Assembly (NCBI GenBank): GCA_013239625.1
Contig: MU054323.1
Coordinates: 6,685,220-6,749,219 of the forward strand
Length of the DNA: 64,000 nt
Reading direction: 5' to 3'
Source of the DNA: Lama guanicoe
Lineage: Eukaryota
The notes beneath the pieces were generated by a model that made no database searches, had not been told where the DNA came from, and saw only the letters and a list, made by a program, of their open reading frames with translations. The position numbers and the translations under genes are program-made. Of the stretch, positions 40,290-54,059 are shown one piece after another. Position 1 is the stretch's first letter. Every line of letters starts with the position of its first letter.

Positions 40290-41450
40290 GAAATTTACAT
40301 AATGATTTAAAAAATTCAAGAAAGTGTGAGCTAACATCTGAAACCACTGTAAATGTATATTGGTATTAAACAAAAAAGTAAATGGATATGAATTGTGGGA
40401 GCTAGGTTTCTCACTTTTGGAGAGTGAAGTTACAGATAACCATAAGCGCAGGGAATGCTAGAACAAACTGTGTGGTACTAGATTAGTTAGAGGCATCAGG
40501 ATGGACTCATGTTTAGCTTAATGTAGATTATGGATATAGAAACAGTTATAGATATGTATGTACATAAGGCCAAGTATACAGACATATATTTCCTAGTTCT
40601 GTCTACTAAAAGGACCTAGAAGCAATGACACTCCAGTAGCACTGTACACACCCAGCACCCAGATCATTTTTTGTTTGTTTGTTATTTTTTATTGGAATAT
40701 AGTTGATTTACAATGTATTAATTTCTGGTTACAACATAGTGATTCAGTTATACATATATACACATATATATATACACCCATATATTCTTTTTCATTATAA
40801 GTTAAAACAAGCCATTGAGTATACTTCCCTGTGTTGTCTGTCTGTCTATGTGTCTGTCTATCTTGTTGTTTATCTATTTTGTGCATAATAGTTTGTTAAT
40901 ACCAAACTGCCAATTTATCCCTCCCTCTTCCCTTCCCCACTAGTAACCATACATTTGTTTTTTGTTTTTTTTCCTCTCTGTGAGTCTCTTTCTGTTTCCA
41001 GCACCCAGATCTTGATTTCTAATATTCTCCAATACAAAGAACTAAGCTCCTTGGAAAATGGCTCATTCTAGGACTGGAGCAGGGAATATGCAAGATGAGC
41101 CTGGAACGTTTTGTAGTGCTAGAAAGTAAGAAAATATTCAAAATTCAAAAGGATATGGGCTTGGCAAAGGAATACAGGAGCCAACCCAAAAGAGCATCTA
41201 GTGACCAAAGCTGGAAGAGTTTGAGCAACAAAATAAATAACATAGTATTGGATTATAACTGCAAATACAAAATGAATATCCCTAAGTCCATACTGATTAA
41301 AATAAATGATCAAATAAATATGTGGTCCCCCTGCCCACTTATTTACCCCATAGAGAAGAATTCCGAGTAATTTATGCAGACATTTCCCTCTCAAGGAGGT
41401 GGAACTTAACTCCCCAGCCCTTGAGTTTGAGCTGCATTTCGTGACTAAAA
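40290..41450 (+). mobile_element. Old L1 3' UTR (L1MC/L1MD-like)
   Basis: ggacctagaagcaatgacactccagtagc...ggaaaatggctcattctaggactgg. Confidence 0.65.
40666..40997 (-). mobile_element. L1 3' UTR stub
   Basis: Perfect 14-bp TSD ccagcacccagatc at 40652-40665 and 40998-41011. Confidence 0.9.
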
Positions 41451-42081
41451 GAAAATGCTTATTTGTGTAGATACTGTTTAAGGTTAAATAACTTAAGGAC
41501 TAGGGTATTTTCATGAGATACAGTGGTAAAGAATGTTGGTGATCTCAGTGGAATCTGTTCTAGGGGAAAGGTAGATTTTGGAGCTGTTAATGTATCTGAC
41601 TAACCAATCTTACAGAGTATTCTGTGTGTTCTTACTAGATGTAATCACAGACTGACAGCTATTTAGTGTCTATCAAAAGCTCACTTAAAGTATCAGATAT
41701 GAGAAGATAGTTTAATGAATATTTTAATTATGTATTCATCTAGTTTCTTGTATTAAGTCTTCAGAGAACAGAAGTATCAAGACCATGTCATCTCAGTCTC
41801 CTCCGACATGAAAAAGCTTGTACTGAGTTCTGATTTAATGATATGCCATCTGTCTGAATAGATCTGTCTATAAGGAACATCATTTGAATGATGTGCATGC
41901 TCTAAAATTATATTTGAAACTATAGTCCACTAGGTTCATTGTTCTTTGTAGAAGTGCATAGAGTTCAGATAGAAATTTACATGTTTTATTCTTATCAAAA
42001 ATGAAAACTTACAACCTTAAAAACATAGACCCAAATTTGGCACACAGTCTTTATAATTTGCTGATATTATCAACTTGATAG

Positions 42082-42580
42082 TATCTGTTTCAGCTGCCTA
42101 TTGTGATGTTATAAATCATCCTGAAACTTAGTGGCCTAAAACCATTTTTATTTATTGTTTTTAGAGTTCTGTGGGCCAGGAATTTGATCAGGCCTTGACT
42201 AGATGATTCTTCTGCTCTGTGTGGCATCAAGTGGGTTCACTCATTCAGCTGGTAGCTGGACTGGGCTGGACAGTCTACGAAGGCTTCACTCACATGTCTG
42301 GCACTTTGGCATGCCTCTACATGGCTTCTTCTCAGCATGGTAGTTTCAGGGTATTTGAATTTCTTACACGGCTTCTAGCTTCCAAGAGGGAGAAAGGGGA
42401 AGCTGCCAGTCCTTCTGGTCTTTGGAACTTCAGAATGTCATTTTTACCACATCCTGTTGGGCAAAGCAAGTCACAGAGTCAGCCAAGATTCAAGGAACTG
42501 AGATATAAGGTCCATTTCCTCATGGGTGGAATGAGAGAGAGGGAAGGAATTGATAGCAGCCATTTTTGGAGGACAGTATG
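42082..42580 (-). mobile_element. MaLR (MLT1-type) solo LTR
   Basis: aaatcatcctgaaacttagtggcctaaaacca...gttctgtgggccaggaatttg...gggcaaagcaagtcacag. Confidence 0.8.
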
Positions 42581-43004
42581 TGTCCAAACCAACCAGCTAC
42601 CACAGTATCTGGTTTTTAATTTTATTTACATAATTTTATTGTGATTAATCCTCTTGTATCTTAACTTGTAACCAATCAAGTCCTCTTAGAAATTAGACAG
42701 GTTATACATATTAAATAAAAATTATTGCCTTAATTTAGTAGAAAAAAATTTGGGATACTGGAAGGAGATCATGCTAAATCTCACTTTTGTCATTGTCATT
42801 CACAAAAATTTAAAGTATCTTTGATTACTTAGAGTTGAAAAATCTTAGTTTCTCTTGTCTGGAAGGTTTACTGTCAACACATGTCCATACATTTTTTTTA
42901 AGTCCCGATAAACTTTGTGGAGCACAGTTCTAGTGAAGGGTATCATAATTTAAAATCCAGATACTGTTTAACTCAGTAAATAATTCTACTTCTTGAGTAC
43001 ACAG

Positions 43005-43273
43005 ATTTTTTTTTATTGTAGTCATTTTACAATGTTGTGTCAATTTCTGGTGTATGGCACAATAGTTCAGTCATACATACACATAGATATATTCTCTTTT
43101 CATATTCTTTTTCAGTGTAGGTTACTACAAGATATTGAATATAGTTCCCTGTGCTATACAATATAAACTTGTTTATCTATTTTATATATAGTAGTTAGTG
43201 TCTGTGAATCTTGAACTCCCAATTTATCCCTTCCCACTCCTTCCCTCTCTGGCAACCATGTTTGTTTTCTGTG
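43005..43273 (-). mobile_element. L1 3' UTR stub
   Basis: polyT-attgtagtcattttacaatgttgtgtcaatttctgg...atagttccctgtgctataca. Confidence 0.85.
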
Positions 43274-43859
43274 TCATTTACAACATTGTCAGTAATAGAA
43301 AAATACCGGAAACAATGTACGAGTCCATCAATGAGAAACTGGTTAAACAAACGATGGTGTATTCATATGATATAATATCATGAAATTATTTTTAAAAAGC
43401 ATGAAGGAATTCTATAAGGAATGATATGAAGTAATTTCTAACATTCATTAAGTTAAAAAGAATCATGATGAGAAACTGTGTAACTTTTTTTTTTTTTACC
43501 ACAACTTTCATTAAAAATACATGTAAATGACTTTTTATGTAAAGAATACCAGTGAGTACACAGTCAACTAGGGAAGGGACCTCAGTGACTGGGGGAGACT
43601 TTCTATTCACCATAGCTCCTTAGTACAGTTTACTTTTTGTACCAGGGACATGTATTAACTACTCTAAAAATTAACTTTTAAAGTGCTCTGATAGTTTTAT
43701 TTCGTTTGTTGGTTATCCTCTTGTGTAAGGCAGAGTGTTGGCTATGCCGTTCTGACAGGAGAAGTCTAGCTTCAGGGAGCCTAACGGCTAGTAGGAAAGA
43801 TCAAACACATGTACCATGTCAGCAGGCTGCTTGTTAGACTTGTCATTTTTGCTTTGTCC

Positions 43860-46640
43860 AAATACTTTGCCCATTATTTTTATTAGATTGTTTATTTTCT
43901 TATTATTGTATCAAAGAGTTCTTTACATTCTGAAAGTAAGTTCTTTATCATATATTTGTTTTGCAGATATTTTCTGCAAGTTTGTGGCTTGTCTTTACTT
44001 TTTCATAACACTTTTCAAGAGCAGAAGTTTATATTTTTAAGTGCAGTATCTTATGGTTCATGCTTTTAGTGTCATATCTAAGAACTCTACCTAACTCGGG
44101 TTGGCAAACTATAGCTGATTCAGCCCACTGCTTGTTTTTGTAAATAAAGTTTTATTGGAACATGGCTCTGCCTGTTTGATTCCATGTTGTCTATAGCTGC
44201 TTTTATGCTGCAGGACAGAGTTAAGTCTCAGCAGCAGAGACTGTATAACCCACAAAGCCTAAAATATTTAGTATCTAATCCCTTTACTGAAAAAGTTTTC
44301 CAACTTCTAGACTAACCTAGGTTCCCCTCATTTTCTCTTCTGTCTTCCTCTAGAAATTTTACAGTTTCACATTTTAAAATATTTAGCTTTATTAATATTT
44401 ATATAAGATGTGAGGTATGGGTTGAGGTTGTTTTCTTCCCTTTTTCCCCCCATATGGCTGTCATTTGTTTCAGCACTATTTGTTACAAAAACAATTCTTT
44501 TTCCATTGAATTACCCTGGTACTTTTATTGAAAGTCAATTGATCATTAATATGTAGGTCTATTTCTGGACTGTCTCTTCTGTTCCATTGATCTGTATGTT
44601 TATCTTTATGTCAGAATTATAATATCTTGATTAACTATAGCTTTATAGAAAGTATTGAAATTAGGTAGTGAAAAATTTTCAGCATTGTTCTTCTTCTTCA
44701 AAATTATTTTTGGTATTCTATATTCTGTTCATATCCATATAAATTTTAGAACCAGTTTGCCAGTTTTTACAAAAAAAGAAAAGCCTGGTGGGATTGTAAT
44801 TGGGGTTTATGTTAAATCTATAAACTAATTTGAGGAGAATTAATATCTAAATATTGATTGATCTAATCTTTGAAAACAGTGTATCTCGATTTATTGAAGT
44901 CTTTTATTTCCCACTTGGTGTTTTGTATTTTTAAGCACAGGGATCTTCCATTTATTTTGTTATATTTACCCTAAATCTTTCTTTTTTGGTGCTAATATAA
45001 TTGCTACTGCTTTGTTAATTTATTTCTAATTATTAATTGCTGCCATATAGAAATACAGTTTAACTTTGTATATTGACCTTGTATCCTGCAATTTTGCTAA
45101 ATTTACTTATTAGTTTTAGTAATAAGATTCTTTGGGATTTTCTATATAGGCAGTCCTATCACTTGTGAAAAAAGACATTGTTTTTCTCCATCTCTAGGCT
45201 TTTATTTCATTTTCTTGCATTATTATACTGACAATACAGTGAATTGTTGAATAAGAGTAGTGAGGGCAAATGTTCTTGCCTTGTTCCTGATCTTGGAAAA
45301 CATTTAGTCTTTCATGATTATGTATGATACTAGCTGTAGATTTGTTGTTAAATTCATGTCTTAGGCTGAGACTGTTACTTTCTGTTCTTAGTTTTCTGAG
45401 GGTTTTGAATCATGAATGTTTGTGGGTTTTTTCCTAAATTTTTTTTTGCATCTTTGAACATGATCACTTATATTTTTGTCTGTTGATATGGTGAATAACA
45501 TTGATGGATTTGTTTTCATAAATTGAACTAATATTGCATTCCTGGGACAAATGCTATTTGGTCATGATATATATTCCTTTTTATATATTGCTAGATTTAT
45601 TTTTCTAGTATTTGGTTAAGATATTTTGTGTCTATGTTCATAAAAGGATATTGGTCTGTATTTTTATTTTTCTTAAAGCTTTTTTGTCTGACTTTTGTAT
45701 TAAAGTAATGCTGTACTCATAAAACGAATTGAGAAATATTTCCTCTTCATTTATTTCTGGAAAATTCATGTAACATTGGTATAATTTCTTCCTTAAGATG
45801 TTGGGGGAATTTACCAAGGAAGCCATTTGTTTTGGAACTTTCTTTGTGTGAAAGTTTCAAACTATGAATTATATTTTCTTAATGTCTTAAGAGCTATTGT
45901 TAACTAATTTTCTTGAGTGACCTTGGTAGTTTGTCTTCAAACTTTTAAGGAATTGGTACATTTTATCAAAGTTGTAGAATTTATTGCCATGAAGTTGTTA
46001 TTAATATTTTCTTATTATCCTTTTAATATCTCTATGATTTCTAGTAATGTCCTGTTTTCATTCCTGATATAGGTATTTGTGGCTTCTTTCTCTCTCTCTG
46101 GCTGGAAGTTTATTCAGTGTTATTGAAATTTTCAAAGAATTAGATTTCAGTTTCATAAATTTTCTCTATTTTTTTTTGTTTTGTTTCATTTCTCCCTTCT
46201 AATTGCTTTGTGTTTAATTTGTTCTTTTTCTACTTAAGGTGGAGGCTTAGATTATTGATGCAAGACTTCTTATTTTCTAATATAAGCATTTTATGTTTTA
46301 TACTATTAGTTTCTTTCTAAGAACTGCTTTAGTAGTATCCCTTAAATTTTGATATGTTCTGTTTTACTTTTCATTCAATTAAAAATATTTTGTAAGTTCT
46401 CTTTTTGACCTTTGGAGTATTTAGAAATGTGTTAATTTCTAACCTTTGGTAATTCTTAATCTATCTTTCAGTTATTGATTCTAACAATTCTGTTCTTGTC
46501 AGAGAAGATGCATTATTTAATTTTGATTTTTTAAAATATTCTGAGGTTTGTTTTATGGCCCATATATGATCTTTCTTGGTGAATGTTCCATGTACCCTTG
46601 AAAATAATGTATTTTCTATTCTCATTGTGTATAATGTTCT
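43860..46640 (-). mobile_element. Old L1 ORF2 region (L1M)
   Basis: Long degenerate antisense ORF2 (gttgaataagagtagtgagggc, ttcttgccttgttcctgatctt). Confidence 0.8.
44096..44310. mobile_element. MER58A-like hAT MITE nested in L1
   Basis: gggttggcaaacta...gtttttgtaaataaagttttattggaaca...aaagcctaaaatattta...aaaaagttttccaacttct. Confidence 0.85.
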
Positions 46641-47213
46641 ATAAATGTCCTACGTCTAATTTTTGTTGTGAGAATTTGGTTGAGGTTGTAGAAGAACTTG
46701 CAATTGAGTGTACTCTCTTGTGTCTGGGGTCCTCAGCCATTCTCAGCCGACACAGTAGGCCACATTGGTCTTTAAAAATGTGTTAAAATCTTAACTGATT
46801 TTTTTTGTTATATACTTGAATGTGGGCCACTTCTGATGACCTGCCAAAGGTAAAACAGTTTGTGTGTGCTGTCATCCTTGGAGGAACTTGTCTTTCTTTG
46901 GAATTGAATATACTTGGCTGCCTTGTAACTTCAATTCTTTATTATGCCCAAGAGAAGTTTCGATTTTATAGGTCTGGCTGTTTCTCACTGGAGTAGGAAC
47001 AACATTCTTTTGTGGCTTTCTGCATTCTAAGTGGAAGTGGAAGTTCTTGGCAAGGTATGCTGTTTCAAACGGCTGCTTATTCTGATCCCTCTTGAATGTT
47101 TTCTTTTGCTTTCATTTGCCTCTTGAGCACTTCATCATTTAGGATTGAATCCAAGGGGCCACATCCTCCATGAAGCTTTTACTGATCCCACTAAGTAGAA
47201 GGGAACATTTCTT

Positions 47214-48396
47214 TTTTTTTTTTTTTAACATTTTTTATTGATTTATAATCACTTTACAATGTTGTGTCAAATTCCAGTGTTCAGCACAATTTTTCAGTCA
47301 TTCATTGACATATACCATATACNNNNNNNNNNNNNNNNNNNNNNNNNNNNNNNNNNNNNNNNNNNNNNNNNNNNNNNNNNNNNNNNNNNNNNNNNNNNNN
47401 NNNNNNNNNNNNNNNNNNNNNNNNNNNNNNNNNNNNNNNNNNNNNNNNNNNNNNNNNGTTTTTATGGCTGAGTAGTATTCCATTGTATAAATATACCACC
47501 TCTTCTTTATCCAGTCACCTGTTGATGGACATTTAGGCTGTTTCCATGTTTTGGCTATTGTAAATAGTGCTGCTATGAACATTGGGGTGCAGGTGTCATC
47601 CTGAAGTAGGATTCCTTCTGGATACAAGCCCAGGAGTGGGATTCCTGGGTCATATGGTAAGTCTATTCCTAGTCTTTTGAGGAATCTCCACACTGTTTTC
47701 CATAGTGGCTGCACCAAACTGCATTCCCACCAGCAGTGTAGGAGGGTTCCCCTTTCTCCACAGCCTCTCCAGCATTTGTCATTTGTGGATTTTTGAATGA
47801 CAGCCATTCTGACTGGTGTGAGGTGATACCTCTTTGTAGTTTTGATTTGCATTTCTCTGATAATTAGTGATATTGAACATTTTTTCATGTGCCTTTTGAT
47901 CATTTGTATGTCTTCCTTGGAGAACTGCTTGTTTAGGTCTTCTGCCCATTTTTGGATTGGGTTTATTTTTTTCTTATTGAGTCGTATGAACTGCTTATAT
48001 ATTCTGGAGATCAAGCCTTTGTCAGTTTTATTTGCAAAAATTTTCTCCCATTCCGTAGGTTGTCTTCTTGTTTTGCTTCTGGTTTCCTTTGCTGTGCAGA
48101 AGCTTGTAAGTTTCATTAGGTCCCATTTGTTTATTCTTGCTTTTATTTCTTTGAAATGTATGTCAGATAATGTTTTGCCTATGTTTTCCTCTAGGAGGTT
48201 TATTGTATCTTGTCTTATGTTTAAGTCTTTGATCCATTTTGAATTGATTTTTGTATATGGTGTAAGGGTGTGTTCTAGCTTCATTGTTTTACATGCTGCT
48301 GTCCAGTTTTCCCAACACCATTTGCTGTATTCCATTGTATATTCTTGCCTCCTTTGTCGAAGATTAGTTGACCAAAAGCTTGTGGGTTCATTTCTG
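47214..48396 (-). mobile_element. Young lineage L1, 5'-truncated, spanning an assembly gap
   Basis: The 385-aa ORF is the ORF2p C-terminus ([19 protein letters not shown]); TSD agaa(g/t)ggaacatttctt at 47197-47213 and 48397-48413. Confidence 0.95.
47323..47457. other. Assembly gap (135 N)
   Basis: Run of N. Confidence 1.
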
Positions 48397-48794
48397 AGAA
48401 TGGAACATTTCTTGACTTGTAAAATTGTCTTGACTCTTGTACAACTGTATTTCATTTTTGCAGCCCATTGAAACCCTCGATGAGAGGGGCAGCTTTCAGA
48501 ATTTGAGGCCTCTCAACCTGGGAACTATCCTTCTACTTTCAAAGTTTATGACTATTAAGGTTGATAGATTTTAGATAGGATCATAGAGTAAACTTGAGAT
48601 AAAAGATAAAAAATGCACAAGAGAACTTACATTTACTAATAGAGTAAAAATAAACTAAAAATGAAATCACACCACATAGGTTCCTGTGCTGCTTGTTTTG
48701 TACAGTTGTTGCTCTTGAATTAAATTATTTTCATAAATAAGACATATTTGTAGAATCTAATTTCTTAAAATTATGGGCTTGGTTTCACAAGCTA

Positions 48795-50050
48795 GTATAT
48801 ATTCACACAATGAAATATCATGGAGTTTTAAAAAACAATGATGAAGCATATCCTAACATGAAAAATCTGCAGGATGTATTGAGTGAAAAAGAAAATGAGG
48901 TGCAAAACTGAACATTTTGTGTAAGAAGGCTGGAGGAATAAGACTATATTTGCAGTTAAGTGTATTTACATAATCACTGGAAGGATATACAAGAAACTAA
49001 TAAAAGTGGTGACCTGTAGTAAGCAAGGACAGCGTGAGCTGCATGTGGATGATATAGAAATGAGACTTCTCAAATATATTGTGTTCCTTTTTACATCATT
49101 TTGATTTTTTGATTCATGTGAATGTATATATTTTGAAAATTAAAAATAATAAATATAATTATGTGAATCTTAAAAGACAACAGGAGGATTTGAAAAATAC
49201 TTCAGAGCTGATAAAAAATGTTAGCCTATGAAGTAACTATTTTGTGGGATACCTTTATTTTACATAAATCAGATTTACAAATGAAAAGGTAAATACAAAG
49301 CATAGAAAATTTGCAAAGAACAAGATTTTATGAATCTGGCTTCGGACGAATAAATATATGAAAAGGCTGGTTTTCTGGCACGATTAGAAAGATTTTGGGT
49401 CTAGACCTAGTATGCAGGATCCTGCAAAGCAGGAAGAAAGGAACATTGTGTAGGCAGCAACTGTAACAGAAATAAACAGCACTCATAGTGCACTGGGCAA
49501 CCATTTCTTACTCATGAAAGTACTAGACATATCCTTGGAAACTGATAAAATCTATCTAACTGTTGTCAGGAGGAATAGGAGATGAGAATACCAAAGAATA
49601 TTCTCATCACAAATTAAAACATATAGAGAAACAATAATTACATTACTTAAACAGATTATAGTCTGGAAATCAGACTAGTGAAATATATAAGACAAGTGAA
49701 ATATATAAGAAAAAATGTATAAATCAGGGGTTGGTGAGGATCATTTAATGTTGTTAGGAAAACTGTTTGGAATACAGTTCAGTTTAGAGTAAAATCTCTT
49801 TCCATACATCATTTGGAATTAAGTATTCAAAGAGCCCTCAGAAAAGTGCAAATCAGAGTGTTTATCTGTTATCATTGAAAGGGGAGAAATTCCTAAGCAA
49901 AGAAATAAAAAAAGAAATGAAAAGTGCAATGATGGACAAATCTGGCTACCTGAAAATAGAAACTTCTGTACTAAAAGCTGGCGATAGACTGAGAAAATGC
50001 TAAAAGTAAATGAAAGAAATAGTAGTTTTGCAATATAAACAACCTACACA
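48795..50050 (+). mobile_element. Old L1 fragments (L1ME/L1M-like)
   Basis: atattcacacaatgaaatatcatg; atggacaaatctggctacctgaaaatagaaacttctg. Confidence 0.5.
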
Positions 50051-50192
50051 AATGGTTAAGGAAAGCCTAAACTCCTCTCCCATCCTACCCATTAGGGCTG
50101 GAAGAGGGAGAGGTACACATTTGGAAAGACCGGCAGTGTGAGTTATGGGGGCAAGATCTGATTGATGATTTGGATAGCATTCTGTGTCTAAA

Positions 50193-50355
50193 TTTTGTTT
50201 TGGTTTTTTGTTTGTTTTGTTTGTTTTGTTTGTTTGTTTTGGGAGGATAATTAGGTTTATTTTATTTGTTTGTTTTAACAGAGTTACTGGGGATTGAACC
50301 CAGGACCTTGTGCATGTTAATCAGGCGCTCTGGCAGTGAGCTACACCCTCCCCCA
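50193..50355 (-). mobile_element. tRNA-derived SINE (Vic-1-like) with (TTTG)n tail
   Basis: tactggggattgaacccaggaccttgtgcatg...gagctacaccctccccc. Confidence 0.9.
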
Positions 50356-51447
50356 CTGTCTAACTAAATTTCTAAATTTGAGAACTTTAATATGGCAGGA
50401 TCAGGTCACATGGTTGTGTATTTTTTATCTAGCAGGTGCTTAAATTGACCCAGAATTAGGAATTTGAGTGGTGAAGTGGAAGGAAGAAAGGAACATACTA
50501 GGTGGACTGATAGCTTGAGTGACAACCAAGATTTTGAGATGGGTGATAACATGACAGTTGGAGAGATGAGTGTAGGTAGAGTGCATCTATGGGATTGAGT
50601 CTGGGCCCCGACTGGAAAAGAGAGTGGGAGATTGAATGACAAAGACAAGAAGAGGGTGAGACAGTCAGATGGCATGACCCTGAGGGAGGAAATGGGATTG
50701 CTTGTGAATTAGGATCTGGAAATGTTACTATGGAGAAAGTTAATCCCTGTGGCCTTAGTCTTCACTCTAGAGAATTTTTTTCAGGAGCTGCATTTTGCCC
50801 AGTGTTTGAAAGTAGTGTTCAGTGATAAGGCTGAGGATGTAGAGGTGGTTTGTTTTACTGTGTGTAAAAGGGGTTTCCAGAGACCCCTGTGGATTAGGTT
50901 GGAAGGAAGGGCAGCAGCTGGGGAACACATGGAGTGGATAAGAAAGTATAGAGAACACTGTGGGCCTGAAAACAGGAGAGAAGGTAGTTACAATGGTTTG
51001 TGTTTTGAATAGAGCCCAAGGGTGACAGGGGTGGGAGCCCCAAGTGGAAGTAACTAGCAAGATTCCTGAATTGGCAGGTATGATTATCTCTGGAGCCTGA
51101 TCCACTATGTCTTTGTGATCTAAAGGGAATATTGTTAGGCTTTAAATAACGAAAGCCAGTAGGTCTCAGGTTTCCTAGGCATTCTCTGATGTCTGCATAG
51201 TCCCAGTGTTTTGAGTTAGCTTTAAGGTAGAAAGGGAAGATACAGCACTACTATTAATTTAGTAAAATCCAATTTGTCACATCTCTCTGCCAATGACCCA
51301 AGAATGAATGGTAGCCATCATACTAGGTGCTTCTTTATTATAGAGGTATCTTCTGTTTGGAATCCTGTTTCCTCCTACTGTTCCATTTTACCTGAAACTA
51401 AGTACTGAGGCCACTGTTGCTAGGGTGACTGCAGCAACTCTGATAGC

Positions 51448-51815
51448 TTTTACATTTTTAAATACAATTTTTGAAGGTTACTTTCCATTTACAATTATTT
51501 CAATGTTGGTTTATTCCCTGTGTTGTACAGTACATTCTTGAGCCTATCTTACACCCAGTAGATAGGTTTGTACCTCCCTCTCCACTACCCTTATATTGCT
51601 CCCCCCACCCCCACTGGTAACCACTAGTTTGTTCTCTGTATCTGTGAGTCTGCTTCTAGTTTGTTGTAATTACTAGTTTGTTGTATTTTTTAGATTCCAC
51701 ATATAAGTGATATCATAGAGTATTTGCCTTTCTCTGTCTGACTTATTTCACTTAGCATAATGCCCTCCAAGTCCACCTGCGTTGCTGCATGCTGCAGATG
51801 GCAGAATTTCCCTCT
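51448..51815 (-). mobile_element. L1 3' UTR fragment
   Basis: ctggtaaccactagtttgttctctgtatctgtgagtctg...ttagattccacatataagtgatatc. Confidence 0.85.
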
Positions 51816-52117
51816 TGCCTTCTTGAATTACCAATGCAAAGCCCAATTTGCTGCATACCTCTTCTTGGGATATGAACCTTTTTAAAGCTAGTAGCTAATG
51901 ATCTCTTATCAACTTTGTTTATTTATTTAAACTTTAATTTTTAATTTCAATTTTAAAAATCTGTTGTAGGGACAAGAATAGGAATTAGAATTTCCTGAAC
52001 AAATAAAGCATTGGTACAAGAATCTGTATGCTTACAGGGAAACAATGATGTGTCGCAATATCTAAAATTTTTAATGTTTTCAGTAGAACAAATGTCTCTT
52101 TTTTTCTCCTATTTTAG

Positions 52118-52252
52118 ATCTATCCATGCTAATGGAATGTAACTGGAACTGACTCTGATGATAAAATCAAGGACCATCAGGCAAGATCATGCAGTAGGAA
52201 TTTTTGCTTCCGAATGAAGACACCGACATTTAGAATTTCTACTTATTCTAAG
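52118..52252 (+). other. NCOA1: Non-coding exon 2 (5' UTR), 135 nt
   Basis: Acceptor tctctttttttctcctattttag|A; donor AAG|GTATTT; unique non-repeat sequence; size and sequence resemble recalled NCOA1 5' UTR exon 2. Confidence 0.7.
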
Positions 52253-54059
52253 GTATTTGAGCTACAGTTTTACTTTAATTTGACTCCTTGGCAGTCATTT
52301 TATAATATTGTTATCTATCTATATAGATTTCAGAAGTTTAAAAGTTTTTATGTTGGAATGGTTAGCTTTTAGGGAAGAGTTCATATCCCCACCGCCCCCG
52401 TCACCACCTATTTCCTCCCCCAAACCTGAGAAGAAATTCAGAGTTTTAAGGGGAGGTAATTTTTATAATTAGGAAAGCATGTCAGTTATAAGAATTACAT
52501 ACTGAGTGCAGGTTAAGATGCAGTATAGAAGAATGGGGATAAATAAATAAATGTCAATTTAATAATTATTTTATTTATGTCTTGACCTTCTGAGATGAGC
52601 AATTGAATTTAGCACTCTAACACAGTGTGCTTACATGATACAAGAGATCTTAGTGATTGTCCTTTAGTTTGATTTGGAAACCTCTTTCCTGTTCTCCTAA
52701 ACTTGTTAATGGCTTTCTGTTCACCAAGAAGTGTCACTTATATTCCCTAAGACTGTCCCTGTAGGACCTTTGGGATCTGATAGGTTAGTTTATTTGGACT
52801 AGATAAGCCAGATATGTAATTAAAGAGTCAAGTGACACTTCGAAATCATGGGACAGATCTCCCTTTTAAAGACTATATAAGACAATTGAAAGCAACAATT
52901 GAAAGCAATAAAAGGAAACATGGTATCGACTGAAAACAAACATAGTGCTCTCCATTTTTGTAAAATTCATATAAATTCCAAACAGGGTATAGTTAGCTAG
53001 GTGTTCATTTAAAAACAAAATATTTTCCTTTTAATTATATTTTTCCAAATAGGCGGGAAGTATGGAAAGATCACTATTTTAGGGGACAGAGTTGGTTGGT
53101 TCTCTGTATACATTATTGAGTTTGTAAATTAATCTAGCTAGGATATAGAGAAGACGAAACTCTTAAGAAAAATGTATCACTTACTACTAGGATTATTACT
53201 TTCATTTTGTTCTCGCGTTTACTCTGGGGCTCGGGAGAATACTCTCATCTGAAAACCATTTAAAAGCAATTATAAAATGAGCACATAAAATCGTAGTTTA
53301 GTATTCCTGTCTAAGTAATATAGTTAAGTTTTATATTCAGATATCAACTGAAGAAGTTAAGTTTAGAGAATAGGAAGTTCTGATCAATTGAATTTGCTGA
53401 CTAATTGGTTGTGGTTGTTAACTAGTTATGGTTCTACTTGTGAAAGTGTCCTATAGCCAAATTCGGTTGCTTAAATTCTTACATTAGGGATTTCTAATTC
53501 ATCAGTTTCTTGTATCTCCCATTTGCAAGCTATCACAGCATGATAGTCCCTATTTGTCACTTTCCTTTCAAACATGAAGAAAAGTAAAAATTTCACAAAC
53601 TTGTGCTTGGAAGTTTTATATAATGCATTTTGACAATATTTTCTCATACAGTTTTTTGAAGAGGATTTTTAGATTTTGAGATTGTGGGATTTTGTGGGGT
53701 TTTTTGGGAGGGGGTAATAAAATAAAATCAATACTAAGGCCCTAGAACAGTTGTAAGGTTATGTTTTGGATTATAGTTTACATTAAATTAAAATGGTACC
53801 TTCTAGCAATGTTTTGTTTGGACTCAAGAAAACATTTGAAAATAAATTTCAACAAGATCTATTGAGGGAACAGGTATTACTCTGTGATACGATGGAAAGA
53901 GCACAAGCTTGGCTCTACTACTTTCATGCTACCCAGAGGAATTGACTAATGTTTCTGTCTTAGTTTTCCTTTTCTAGAATAGTTAATTTTTAAACTTGTG
54001 ATGAAAAATGAAATAATGTGTATAAAATTATATAAGATAATTCTTTTCAATGTGAGATT

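Larger units (their letters stand above)
3633..52117 (+). other. NCOA1: Intron 1 (~48.5 kb)
   Basis: GT donor at 3633; polypyrimidine tract and TAG acceptor ending at 52117; alternative internal exons not excluded. Confidence 0.65.

Noticed and set aside
42219..42644. 141-aa ORF
   Set aside because: Lies within an MLT1 LTR; non-ATG start; chance ORF
47842..48471. 209-aa + strand ORF
   Set aside because: Antisense shadow of L1 ORF2
49677..49710. Short tandem duplications (also ~33208, ~52881, ~61197)
   Set aside because: Ordinary slippage duplications with no array or spacer structure
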